A program made the translations under genes and the position numbers. Positions 1-12,600 of a stretch of 64,000 nucleotides of DNA are shown in pieces; the first letter of the stretch is position 1; each line of letters starts with the position of its first letter. The notes under the pieces were generated by a model. It was not told where the DNA came from. It searched no databases and saw nothing but the letters and a program-made list of their open reading frames with translations. This DNA is from Trichoplax adhaerens (taxonomy: Eukaryota > Animalia > Placozoa), in contig NW_002060944.1 of the NCBI RefSeq assembly GCF_000150275.1, positions 9,200,159 to 9,264,158 of the forward strand. The letters run 5' to 3'.

Positions 1-248
1 TGTACGCTACAGTACTATACACTGTGTACATGACGTTGTCCAGGTCGTGGCTGACTGCAATCAACTGTATGATACAGTACTCAAGCTGTCCTCTACTAGA
101 ACGGGAACTACAGTCAAGAAACTTCAATACCTACAGTCAAAAGACTCACATCCACTCTACACTACTCAAGATGCTGCAGCGCCCAAAGGTGTCACATCTC
201 ACAATGACTCTCAATACAGACATGTCACCATAGATACAGTACGTACCA
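1..248. promoter_or_regulatory. TACAGT/GTAC motif cluster at or near the 5' end of PRKAR1
   Basis: ctacagtac, actgtgtaca, atacagtac, ctacagtc (twice) and atacagtacgtac within 250 bp. Confidence 0.45.
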
Positions 249-755
249 CTCGACTATTGTCAACAGGACAATGGAATAGGCTGGAGAGGACGGATGGAAC
301 GCCTGTTGACAGTCAGCTAGAAGATGCATTACAAATGGAATGGACAGCATCGGTCATAACATTTCTTGCTCAATTCAACCACTGTAGCCACTTGCATCCT
401 CCAATGGCCCTTAATTTACCCTTAGCCATCAGTAAAGAGACAACATGACATTCAAGAAAAAATAGAAACCATCGGATTGCAGTTTGAGTTCATTTTTCAT
501 CTCTATTGTCATACGTTAGGCCTAGCAAATAGCATACAATACTCTTGTCAAGTTCGCATGATTACAGTGATTGTTCCCTTTATAATGTTGAAATGTCTGT
601 TTTACTTGATATACTGTCAAGTAGAATACGACAGTACCACGACGATGGGAGAAAGTACTACGCTTAGCGATGACTGGACGTATTATTTTTTTTCTCATTC
701 TTCCCCCTTCAACGCATACAAATGATTATTTGTTATTATTCTTCTTTTTTTAAAG

Positions 756-2804
756 GACTATAATGAAAAGAAAAAGAAGCAATTACAAGGGCAGTCTAGC
801 AGTGAAGACAGCAAAGATAGAGATGAAGAACCAACTACAGAACCAGCTTCAACTGGTAGGAGACGAAGAGGTGGTGTTAGTGGTGCTGTAATTAACGAAG
901 ATGATGCTGCAACATATGTTAAGAAGGTATACCTTAGTGCTGTAGATAGAGGTTGTACATAGAGAATTTCTTATCGCTTATACAATCCAATAGCGCAAAC
1001 TAGCGTCGATTGTAAGCGTGATGGATACGACATTACTCTACACACGCTTGTACCCATGTAGCGCATATTCAGTATAACTCTTGGTAGGAAGATCAAAATC
1101 TCTACCACGTATATAAATCATGGCTGATCATATTGTCAATTGTAATAAACCTTAGGTTGTACCCAAAGACTTTAAGACCATGCAAGCTTTATCAAAAGCG
1201 ATAGAAAAGAATATCTTATTTTCACATCTGGATGATAACGAAAGAAGGTCACTATGCAATAGCGATAATTGATACCGAACCTTGTCTTATGCTCTTTTTT
1301 CAATGATAATACCGTTTCAATATTAGCTGACAATGGACTTTGTTCTTAAACAGTGATATTTTTGACGCTATGTTTCCATGTGAAAGTAAGCCTGGTGACA
1401 TCATCATCAGACAAGGTCTGCTCGCATAGCTACATTCCAACCTAGAATAAAAATGAAATCTTTCAAATACTCATTATACTATTACTACGATCATGGCATA
1501 ATAGAAATGCCCTTTTCCAAGACTACTTTCTGTTTTTTCAATTTTCCGTTACTGTCTATACCGAACGAACTGAACTGATTTCATTGTTCATACGTATTAG
1601 GTGATGAGGGCGACAATTTCTACATAATGGATTCTGGAGAAGTTGATGTAAGTGATTTTATCTACTTGTGTTAAATGAGATAATTGATCAATGTAGTTTA
1701 TTAAATCGGTGGTGTTTGTAGGTTTATGTCGGTGACAAATTGGTTGCTACTTTGGGTGATATGGCAAGCTTTGGTGAATTAGCATTGATTTATGGAACAC
1801 CTAGAGCTGCTACCATTAAGGTAAATTGCGTAAAGGAACAATAGTAACTTTTAGCTATCACCTAAAGTGCATTGCTAGTAAGCTTCTTTCTAGTTTAACT
1901 ACGATGAGTTGTTTAATAACCGAGTAGTGGAATGAAGCGATATATTCTGATGCTGTTATAAACCTAATGATAGGGATATTTTTCTACCTATGCAATCCGC
2001 AACTTTGACTAACTTGATGCATTGGACAATATTATTATTTATATAGGCTAAGACTGAATGCAAATTATGGGCAATTGATAGCGACAGTTATCGTCATATC
2101 CTCATGGTAACAATTGGCTGATAATATTTCAATTTGCCTCGGCGTTGGCATAAATGATAACTGATATATTATTATGTCATTAGGGAAGTACAATGCGAAA
2201 GAGGAAATTATATGAATCCTTCTTAGAGAAAGTTTCCATTTTAGGTACTTTTGAACAACAACATTATTTGTAGTTGATTGTCAAGCTGCTTGATTTAGTA
2301 GCTAGATTCAATTGATCTAATTATCTCATGTACAATATTAGAATCTTTGGATCAATGGGAACGTCTCACTGTAGCAGACTCTTTAGAACCTGCACAGTTT
2401 GAAGAAAACGAGATTGTTATCCAACAAGGTGATCCTGGCGAAGATTTCTTTATTATTTTAGAAGGAAAAGCCGTTGTACTACAACGAAAACCAGGTGATA
2501 CTGAATACGTCGAAGTTGGAGAGTTAGGACCGTCAGACTACTTTGGTATGATTGATTGAATTTTCTAAAGTGCTTTTATTTCCAATATCGATTCAATGCT
2601 AACTAGAGGCTGTGGCTATTGATCACCCTAGGTGAAATTGCTCTTTTATTGAAACGACCACGTGCAGCTACAGTTAAAGCAGCAAGCACCCTGAAATGTG
2701 TCAAACTGGATAGAGCAAGATTTGAACGTGTTCTTGGCCCTTGTGGAGATATTCTTAAGCGCAACATTGAAAAATATAATAGTTATGTATCACTCTTTGT
2801 GTAG
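756..2804 (+). CDS. PRKAR1: cAMP-dependent protein kinase type I regulatory subunit (5'-partial; 9 coding exons seen)
   Basis: Exons approx. 756-926, 1156-1247, 1354-1415, 1601-1647, 1722-1820, 2047-2106, 2184-2244, 2342-2544, 2632-2804 with GT-AG boundaries. They give a type-I pseudosubstrate [37 protein letters not shown], cAMP cassette [16 protein letters not shown], cassette [16 protein letters not shown] and C-terminus [15 protein letters not shown]. Dimerisation/docking exon not identified. Confidence 0.96.
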
Positions 2805-4962
2805 ATCATTGAAGATCATAGCATTTTTCTTTCATTAATGCACTGTCTAATTACTGAAATTACCAGGCTACTGTTAAGTACTGCATTCTGGTCGGTATGA
2901 TTTAAAATTTGTAAGATTTTTAAGTAGTGATGCTATCGCGAAGAAGCAATGCGTTTGGTGCTGGCTGTCCAAAGCTGTGTACTAATAAGAAACTTGATAT
3001 TAAGTTCGAAGTTATACTCCTTGTCTCTGTTGAACATTCATAACGTAGCACCAGATAGCTTAGTCAATACTGGTTCACGTCTTATTTAAGAGAAATACAC
3101 CGCTGTACGAAATCAGTGCGCTGTCTTTCAATGAAGTTTGTGCTTGTGGCTACTTTTACTACAACCAGTAAGTAGTACTTTACATTAATTCTGAGCTACC
3201 AATTGTTTTAGCTGTTACATAACTCTTTTACTGTAATACAAGGTATAATGGTATATTCTTACTGCTATTATTCTCGACGTACTTTGATTAAAGCGAAAGC
3301 TTGGTCATCTTACATGAATCGTGTCAATAAAAGTTTTATAGTTTGAATCGAACAGTTATGCCTTCTTCTATAATTGATGTTATTGTGTGCTCGTAAAATT
3401 GGAGATAAGGCAAAATGCAATACAAGAAGAAGGAATTCATTTGGAGTTTGTATTCTGCCTTTGCGTTTCGAAACACGTTAAGCTTTGTTGTATGCATATT
3501 CATAATCACTGTGCGCCCCACGTTACTTTGTCCAACTGTCTTACGAATTTGTATTCATTGCACTGGTATATTATATCTAACTCGAGATTGTAATCTTAAC
3601 GATCATCTGATTCTCATGAATGATATTTGATATCGTGAAGTTAATGCAGTGTAGTCCAATATAATTCGATCAAAACTGAATGTGATGAAAGCAATCACAA
3701 TGTCCTACAAAACGATCTACTGTATTATGCACGTATGGTAAATGTAGAGACTTTTCAATTATTTTTTACCCTTACACGTATATTCAAAAAATCGAGAAAC
3801 CCCTGGTAAAAGTTGCTCTTCGCCTATCATTTGGCACGAGATCGATTGAAGACAATTCTTAATCAATCTGTTGAAGGTGGTATTCTTTCCTTGCTGCCAG
3901 TAACGCAGTAGTAAGCTTCTAAAGTGATAAAGACCTATCGCTGAAGACTTATAAAGTTTAATTTTCTTATACATCATACGCATACTTGATTCAGTTGAAC
4001 TTTATGCACCATGACTGTTAGCACAGATACGAGTGCATAAGTATCGCTTTAGTAGACTAATGATGACGGTAATTGAATCCATCTTGACGATTCCAGCCTT
4101 CTCGTTACCTTTTGTACCACAGAACTGGATTTTAGAGCGAACTGACAGCATCAATGGGCATATTAAAGATGGCAAACTATCATTTCTATCATCCACAAGA
4201 CTGAATCGACACTCTTACAGCATGTGCAGACCCTAAAGATGAGAGAATTCCTAGTTAATATCATTCACAGAACGAAAACTGACGAATTTACTAGCCTAAA
4301 GATGAGGCTTTATACATTCTGTACAGTGTACACTACATATACAGCACTAGTTCATGACTCATTCCAATAAACGGGAACATAATTTGCTCAAAGTAATCTG
4401 TTCAAAGAAAAATTTACAGCTAAATCATCTTCGATGCAGCTTCCTAAACTCTCCATTAAGCTTACACAAGACTCTTTGTGTTAGAATTTTGTGTGGTAGG
4501 GTTATTCGTCTTCAGAATTGCAGATGCACGGAAAAGACGGACTTTGCGACTTACAATTCCACTAACGCCAACTGCTAATACTAGTACTGTGCTATAGCCG
4601 CTGCCATTATGCTCGAACAGTATATTATATTCACTATGCAATAATATAATCACGAAGAGAGGGAAGGCATTTACTCATAATTAATTTATTTATTACTGAT
4701 GGATGGTTTGATAAACGATAGATAGTACTATCAAATCCTCTTAAGCTAATGAAGAACAACATTGCAGCAACTATAACATCCAACGCTATAGCATACAGTT
4801 ATTAAAACGCATCAATCTTTGCTGAGAATACGCTTATACGTTCTCGTATAGTAAACAACAGTCACGAACTTGAATCGAAAGGTACTGCAGGTTCTACATT
4901 AATCATTTTACAACTTTATTTAACTTGATTAGCTGTAGTAGTTCTCCTCTTACAAGCTGAAG

Positions 4963-7900
4963 ATGGATACTGCATTGAGTCATTTTGCTGCCACTATTAA
5001 GTCTTGTGTTATTGTCGGTGGTGGTGGTTATTTGGGAAATAAATTAGCGGCGTCTTTAGAAAGTTTTGGATGTGATGTCAGACTCTTCGATAAATCAACA
5101 TCAGCCGCTATATATTCCAAATCATCGCCTTTCATTCAAGTAAGTCCAGCATAAATCTTGCTATAGCATGACAGTAGTTCTTCTTTAATTAAACTATATT
5201 CAAATTTTCTTGACTATCGATTCATCCTATAAATACTTTATAAGTTTATTAGTAGATATTTATCAACATTGCTATAGAATCGACGATGTTGAGAAATGAC
5301 TTGTCTACCAGTATTTAGCACTCAAGAGGAGAAAGAAGTCGATAAATAATTTATAGACGAGTATATAGTATATTAAATGAAATTTAAATACTACGCAACT
5401 AATGAATAATTTATCAATTAATCATTTCGATCTTGCTATCAAAATGAGTCTTTATATTTTAGTAATAAGGGGAAATCATTGATGTAATCATTGATGCATT
5501 TCTATCCGTTTAATTAAACTTTTAACTTCTAGGGAGATGTTAGAAATTACCATGAATTAAAAGAATCTTTCAAAGGTGTAGATTGTGTATTTCATGTAGC
5601 ATCATATGGGATGTCAGGAAGAGAACAGGTAAAAGCTAAAACCTTACTAGGATATTGAATTACTTTAGTGTAATGATTTTCGATAATTACAGTATAATTA
5701 CAGTATATGTTATAGTTTGTAGTGTAGCTCTGTCTGTCTTAATAAAATAACTGTTGATTAAAGTTAAGAACCCATATCTACATTCAGTTTCTCCATTGAA
5801 TAACAAAATTGACTTGATATGCTTCCTATCTTAGCTAAATAAGAAATTGATCGAAGAAGTGAATATCGATGGCACAAATAACAGCATTAACGGTATGTTG
5901 TGTATAAACAAGAAGGTCTTTCTATCTGCTGCAAATCGAAGCTACCTTATGTTAAATTTAAACGACACAATGAAATGATTGCCCTACAACATAGTACTAC
6001 ACTTAACCAATAGTGCTAATAGCATACCAGCCACTACTTAAAATTCATCTAAAATCGGGTCTAGCCGCTGAAATGGGGAATATTTAATACTCAAATATGC
6101 TTTTATACTGCTATTCAGTATTTAATGGTAGACTACTGTAGACGTAAAGTCTAATTATAACCTTTCTTGGATCTCAATTTCCAGTATCGTCTCGTGCTAC
6201 AATAGTCTACGCTAGGTCTATAACTAAACTAACTATGTAGTTGTCTTCAATTGCCGTGATATCCTACAAGGCCTATATCTAACACCATACTTAATAATGC
6301 TTTATATTTGGTAAAATGCTGCATAGTGTTAACAGCCATTTACTTTTTTATGTATTCCTAACCCACTTTATAATTCTTGATTGGTAATTGTAAATCTATT
6401 GCATTACTATTCCATTTTAGCGTGCATAGAAGCAAATGTCAAATATCTTGTTTATACTAGTACTACTAATGTGGTTTTTGGCGGTCAGCCGATAATAAAT
6501 GGGGATGAAAGTTTACCATATTTTCCGCTAGAAAAAGTAAGAAGATAATATCATAAATGCAATACATGAGTTTATCAATATACAGTAATCATGAATCCTT
6601 ACTATACCTTTTAGCACTGCGATTATTACTCAAAGACTAAATCTATAGCTGAGCAAGCAATCCTCAAAGCTAATGGATCTGAAACTGCAAGTATGAAGAT
6701 TTTTAGCTAACTGTCCATTAACATACGTATAACCAGTATAGTAAACTAACAAAAGGCACAAAATACTTTAGATGGAAATCGCTTGTTAACTTGTGCAATT
6801 AGACCCGCTGGAATATATGGAGAGGAAGAACAGAGACATATGCCTCGCATTATGGTAAGATATTTATCAATAACCTTAATAAATCTTTAAGAGTATTTTT
6901 GTGTAAAGTAAAACATCTATGTAGAACCAGTCAATCTGGTTAAATGAATTAAATAATGTAAACTTAGTAAATTTAAACCTACATTTAACCTATTTTCAAC
7001 GAATTTTAATCCGAATTATTCTTAATTAATAACAGAAATTAATCCAGAATGGACTCTTTTCCTTCAAGATTGGACCTCAATCTAACTTGGTAGAATTTGT
7101 CCACGTTGATAATTTAGTTAAAGCTCATGAACTTGCCGCGATTGGCTTAAGCAGCAAAAAGAACCATATAGCGGTATGAGCTAAACAGTTCAAATTGCTC
7201 ATCGACATATTTGATTATGAAATATTATGCGACTCTAAAGAATATATTAGACCGTTATCCTTGGATTTTTTGCATTATAGGCAGGAAGTTGTTATTTCAT
7301 TTCTGATGGATGTCCGATCAATAACTTTGAATTTTTCCGTCCAATGGTATGATGATAACCACAGTTCTTAATAATTGTAACCAAATATTAATTAAATGTA
7401 ATATATATATATAATTAAATTTTATTTCATAGGGCATCTACTAACGTTTTAATAAATAATATTGAGCTTTATTCCTGTTCTACATTGACTCAGTTAAATT
7501 AACATTTCCTTGCTTGTAGTTTGAAGGACTCGGTTACAAGTTTCCTATTATCACATTACCTGTTAGCGTTATGTATTATATTGGTAAGATAATGAGAAGA
7601 TGATAATTGTTATGGCGTCATATAATGATTAGGCGATAAGTAATTAGAAATATTTCTTAACAATTATCAATATAGAGGATGTTAATTTAGTGTACGGTCA
7701 ACAATTTATATGTTCCCAAAAAGTATCAGATGGAATATTTAACATAACAGTATACAGGAACTCAATAGGATCTTTTTCCATAAGCAATAATAAAAACATT
7801 ATATTGCTTTTTTTATTATAGCTTTTATAATTGAACTAATTCATGCCTTTGTTGGACGTTATATCATCAATTTTCAACCGTTAATTACACGAGCTGAGGT

Positions 7901-8120
7901 CTATAAAACTGGTGTGACGCACTACTTTAAATTAGACAAAGCTAAAAAGGAACTTGGTTACAAGCCAGAAAAGAGAAATTTAAATCAAATTGTTAGGGAT
8001 TATAAGCTAAAAGGATACGCAAGGCAGGGAAAATCTCTATTGATGATAGTGCTATGGTACATAGCAGTTTGTTTAATCGTACTAATTCTTCTTTCCAGTT
8101 TTATTACTGGCATAAATTAA
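4963..8120 (+). CDS. SDR42E1: Extended short-chain dehydrogenase/reductase, 3-beta-HSD family (SDR42E1-like), about 10 exons
   Basis: Rossmann motif IVGGGGYLG; [24 protein letters not shown]; [11 protein letters not shown]; catalytic YxxxK in [12 protein letters not shown]; [20 protein letters not shown]; [11 protein letters not shown]; [17 protein letters not shown]; [12 protein letters not shown]; hydrophobic C-terminal helix before TAA at 8118-8120. Confidence 0.92.
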
Positions 8121-9614
8121 GACGGTAATAAATATTTTATTGCATCGTTTCCTTTTCAATTAGCTTACTTTAAATTCATCCATTTTAAACAATATGAACA
8201 CGTTACTTGAGACATTACTTGGAAACTGCAGTATTTTACTGTTAATTGTGTATTTAAGCCAGGTTTATCTTAGTGATAGCTTTAATCCATCTCACTTGTT
8301 AACATAGAAATGAAATTAATGACCGTGTATTACATGGACATTTCTTTTTCTTATTCCTGTAAATTGACGCTATGAGTTGACCTACGTGATCTACACAAAG
8401 ATTAACTTTTCTAATTTTGCTTTAATACTAAAGCTTGTTCAGCACATTATGGTAACATTTGACGAAATATGTGTAAGAAATTTAACACCGTATTAGATAT
8501 ATATACGGTATAACATACCATACTAATATTGATAATCGTTAAGATTAACTTTAGCAAGAGTAGTGCTGCTTTCCGTTTTTAGCTGTATTCACCGGCTCGT
8601 AAAACACTTGTTGAATACTAGAAAAATTGAATTTCCAGATATATAAATTTCATGCATGGTATCCTCATTACATGCTTTTGCTATTTACGTCAATATCATT
8701 GTATTAAAATAATAATTTGACCTTTACTACTGTCAATTTGCTATTCAAACCTGATAGGCCGATTGTATTTTCTCAACTTGTAGACTTGATTATCATTAAC
8801 AAAAATGTGTGGTGTCTTTAGTATTAAAAATTATCGATTTAAATTACTTCGATACTGTTATATTACAGTTCCTAGTCGCTATTTTCTGCATCTTGTTTGT
8901 TATCAATATTTTCAAGTTTTTTGTCTTCAATCCAAGACATCTCATAAGGGAAATTGCACTAACATCTTTTATCAAATTTTCGTATGCATAAGTAAGGAGA
9001 CTTTTGTAAGCAGTTTATCTGCTTGGCTAATACAGTGTGTTATTTAAACGTTTATAAGCCGAAAATTTGAAGAATTATGTTTTATCCTTTACCTGGTAAT
9101 CAATAAATATTATATTAATTCGTTGATATCAAACAAGAAGGGTAACAATTCATGTAACAATGGGTGCTCATATATTACAAAAATATAATGCTCTATGATT
9201 AATGCTCTTTATTTTAAAAAAGTTAAAAGCAACATCTTTAAACAGCAATTAACATACCAAACCTTCAATACAGTAATAATGAAATAGCAATATTAAAAGA
9301 GTACTGTAGCATAAGAAATTACTTATCGGCGATTATAAATTATACAAGTTATAGTTTTAAATAATGCTCGACAGGTGTTGACATAAAAATGATTTGTAAA
9401 ATTTAAACTTAAAATCTAGAAAATTAACCTATAACTAATAGTAAAAGCATGAAATTAGTTTATCGCCTTACTGTACAATCTGAATAAGGATTAAACGATG
9501 AATTAAAATATGAATCTCTGCTTGACTGCCATAGTTGCTGTTCGACTTGCAATTAGAATTGTAAATGTGATCTATCAGTAAATATCATATATTATACTGC
9601 TTAACTATTGCAGT

Positions 9615-12600
9615 TTAGTAATGATCCTTATTCCAGTTTTCAGCCATATCTTTGTAGTGTTCGAGTTTGGTCATTAATAATGATAAAAAGCAAGTCGAAT
9701 CGATTGGTGCTAAATGGTAGATATTTCCTAAATGAGCTAATTATCTTGGGTTTAATGATATATAAAGAGTCCCAGAAAACCAATCAACTGAAGTTAAATG
9801 TCGAATTTTAGGCTATACCGATAGAATCGGGAATGAGGTATCGTATCCAACAAGGATTTCTAGTTGGTAAATAAAAAGACTACTTAAATTACCAGTATAA
9901 ACCTTAATTAAAATAAGACTTATGATTGCTCTGGGTTATATATCTCATGTGGTAACGTAAAAGTCGGAAATGTGAAGGCTATTAGCATTATTGTAATATA
10001 AGCATATGACGTCAAACCTGATTTATGCTTCTTTCGATATCGCATTAAATCTGCTATTGGTATTTGTTTCGGACATAAAATACTTGAATTAAGCCTTCCG
10101 TCAATTAAAATCCTTGAAAATTAAATGGTATCAGAAAAAATTTCATGTTTTTGCATAGAAATCAACTGACGATAAGAGAGCATAGAAAGAATTCATACGA
10201 ATCTATCCATGTTATAGTCGATTGCGACCCAGAGCATTGAATGGGTTTGGGCCAATGTATATCACTATTTTCTAATCCAACATTGAGAGCAAGCAATGAA
10301 AATCATAGCTGATATTGTTTCGATATTAATAACTTCATAATATGGCTATCGATTGTTCAACTTTAACAGAGATAAAATTTACAGTTGGTTAGGAAAATAT
10401 ATTATTTACCATCAGTATAAGGAATCGTTATTGCACCCGGCACTTGCTGACTGAATCTGATTAAACATTTACGTGGTTGATTTCTCAAGCTTTCTTCTAC
10501 ATCACTTCTGCTAATAAATCCTACAATATGCCTTCAAATATTTGAAAGTGAATACATAAAAGTGTATTCATTGTTATTGCATTTTTTAAACTTCAAAATT
10601 TCAATAGCAGTATACTTACTCATCTTGCCACATGCGAAGAAGTGAATTTTCAGGCTTAGCTAGAACCTCTAAACACGTAAAGATCCATTCACCAACACTG
10701 CATGACTTATTTTTATTGCCTAGTTTTGTTAACTATTATTAAGGAAGAAAATGTTCTTAATTACAAAATATATGGATCTTTCTAATTATTGTTACTAAAT
10801 TGCCTATACAAGCTATTCATAACATTTATAACATTATTATCTGGTATGATGACAGTCAGAATACTAACGTAATGAAAATCGTCCCATGAGATGAAGTCTT
10901 CATTTCTGCTATAACTAGTATGAATTTCTCTACCTATAAAGAAAAAAGAAGCGATTAACGTTTAGTCTTAGCGAATTTACAATCTACCTTACCACTATTT
11001 CATAATAGCAATAGCGTAAGAATTTAAAGCGTTAAGTCATCCGCTAGATATTAATTACGCTATCTTAAATTTTTAGTTTGATAAATTAAATTTTAAAATC
11101 AATATGCCTGTTATTAAACTCTTTAAGAAGTCTAAGTTGGCTGGCGTTAAGGGTTTGCCAAGACGACGTTTAAATTCGCATTGTAAAATTTCTTCAAGTT
11201 GCGCAAACGTAATTTTCTCTTCATGTTTAAGACAATTAATATCAATTGTCTGCATGGTAGAAAATTAAATTTAGAAATCAATGATTAAAAAATTATATTG
11301 AAGAATTTATTTCATTTATAACTTGATAATCCTATCATTCTAATTTAAGTCCTTAAAGTCAAACTTTAACATAGGCAAGGAAATTAGTTGAATAGTTATA
11401 TTGTGAAATTTCCTAATTTTTAATTTCTTGAACTAGTCTATATTTCAGACAATAAACATCTATTTTCTATAAAGTAATGAAATCATTATAGGTCAGTAAT
11501 GCTTGCGGATGTAAATTATTTTGCAACATAGATATTTACACTAATGATCTTAAGCTGTATGCTAGTTATTCTCGTACATCAACATCATCCAAGAAGTAAT
11601 TATCCCAAGCCAATGTCGACTGAGCTTTCGCATTTTGAGCTCTTCCAGTTCGAAATACAAATGGTAAAGTCCTGCATTCAAGCTAGATTAACCACAGTAA
11701 ATAAATTGTAAGGGTAATTAATGAAGGAATAAGTTGCAATACAGAGACATAGTGATATTACTACATGATAACTACTATTTCGAAAGCAAGGCAAGATTAC
11801 AGCTAAAGTTCAAGCAATTGCAATTATCTTTATATCATACTTCTAGCCTTATGCGCTTATAATATTATTAAATCATAACTGAATTACAGGCTTGGATAAT
11901 TCATCTTAACCGTATATCCATTTTAAAGTTTTATGTTGTATTACAAGATCACTTCTGAATTATGATAAACGTCGATTTAGATTAATATCCTGCTTCAAGT
12001 TTTAATGAGTACTGCTCGTATAAACCACTATAATTTATCATGGCATCGTGCTGTAACATCATATTTGAAACTACCACCAGTTTTACTTATCTTTATAACC
12101 TACTTTAAGTTTGATATAAATCTTAGATATGTACATGAAATTTATCGATCTGTATATCCTATTTCTAGACTTATTTCGCGTTATAAAATGAAATTTGAGT
12201 TATAAATTGCTTTAATTTAGTTATACACGTATGATTCATACTTTGGGTTATTATGCAAACAATATAAAATTATATTTTTAAGAACAAAAATATCAACAGA
12301 ATTTAACATTATTTCTAACTTTATTCGAAGCATTATTTACCGTTATATTTACATTCTTAATCGTGGTGATGTTGCAATGAAAGCCCAGCTGGTAACGAAA
12401 ATCAGTTACATAGCCCTAATTAATGTGGATTTTTAAAATTCATAGAATGCATCATTTTAGAAATCGGAAAAACATATTTTGGCATGGTCATTTAAAAGTT
12501 ACCCCGGATTGATTTCCTCTGGATGCTTTATTGAGTTTAATTTTGATATCTGAAACAAGAAGTTCTCCACGATCGCCATTTTGATATTGTTCCTTTTGCA

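Noticed and set aside
9810-9860. Minus-strand NPCWIRYLIPD resembling STAT NPLKYLYPD
   Set aside because: It lies upstream of the NIYHLAP exon in transcript order, the wrong order for STAT, and runs into a stop. Probably chance, but worth checking in RNA-seq.
10007-10014. Full CRE palindromes at 10007 and 57524 in a window containing a PKA subunit
   Set aside because: These are single intronic 8-mers with no supporting context. Only the 28617 copy is in a promoter-like position.
10934-11120. Possible GC-AG intron in STAT (ACAG|GCATAT at 11107)
   Set aside because: A GT donor in the same phase (AAGA|GTTTAA) lies 12 nt earlier, so it cannot be decided from sequence alone.
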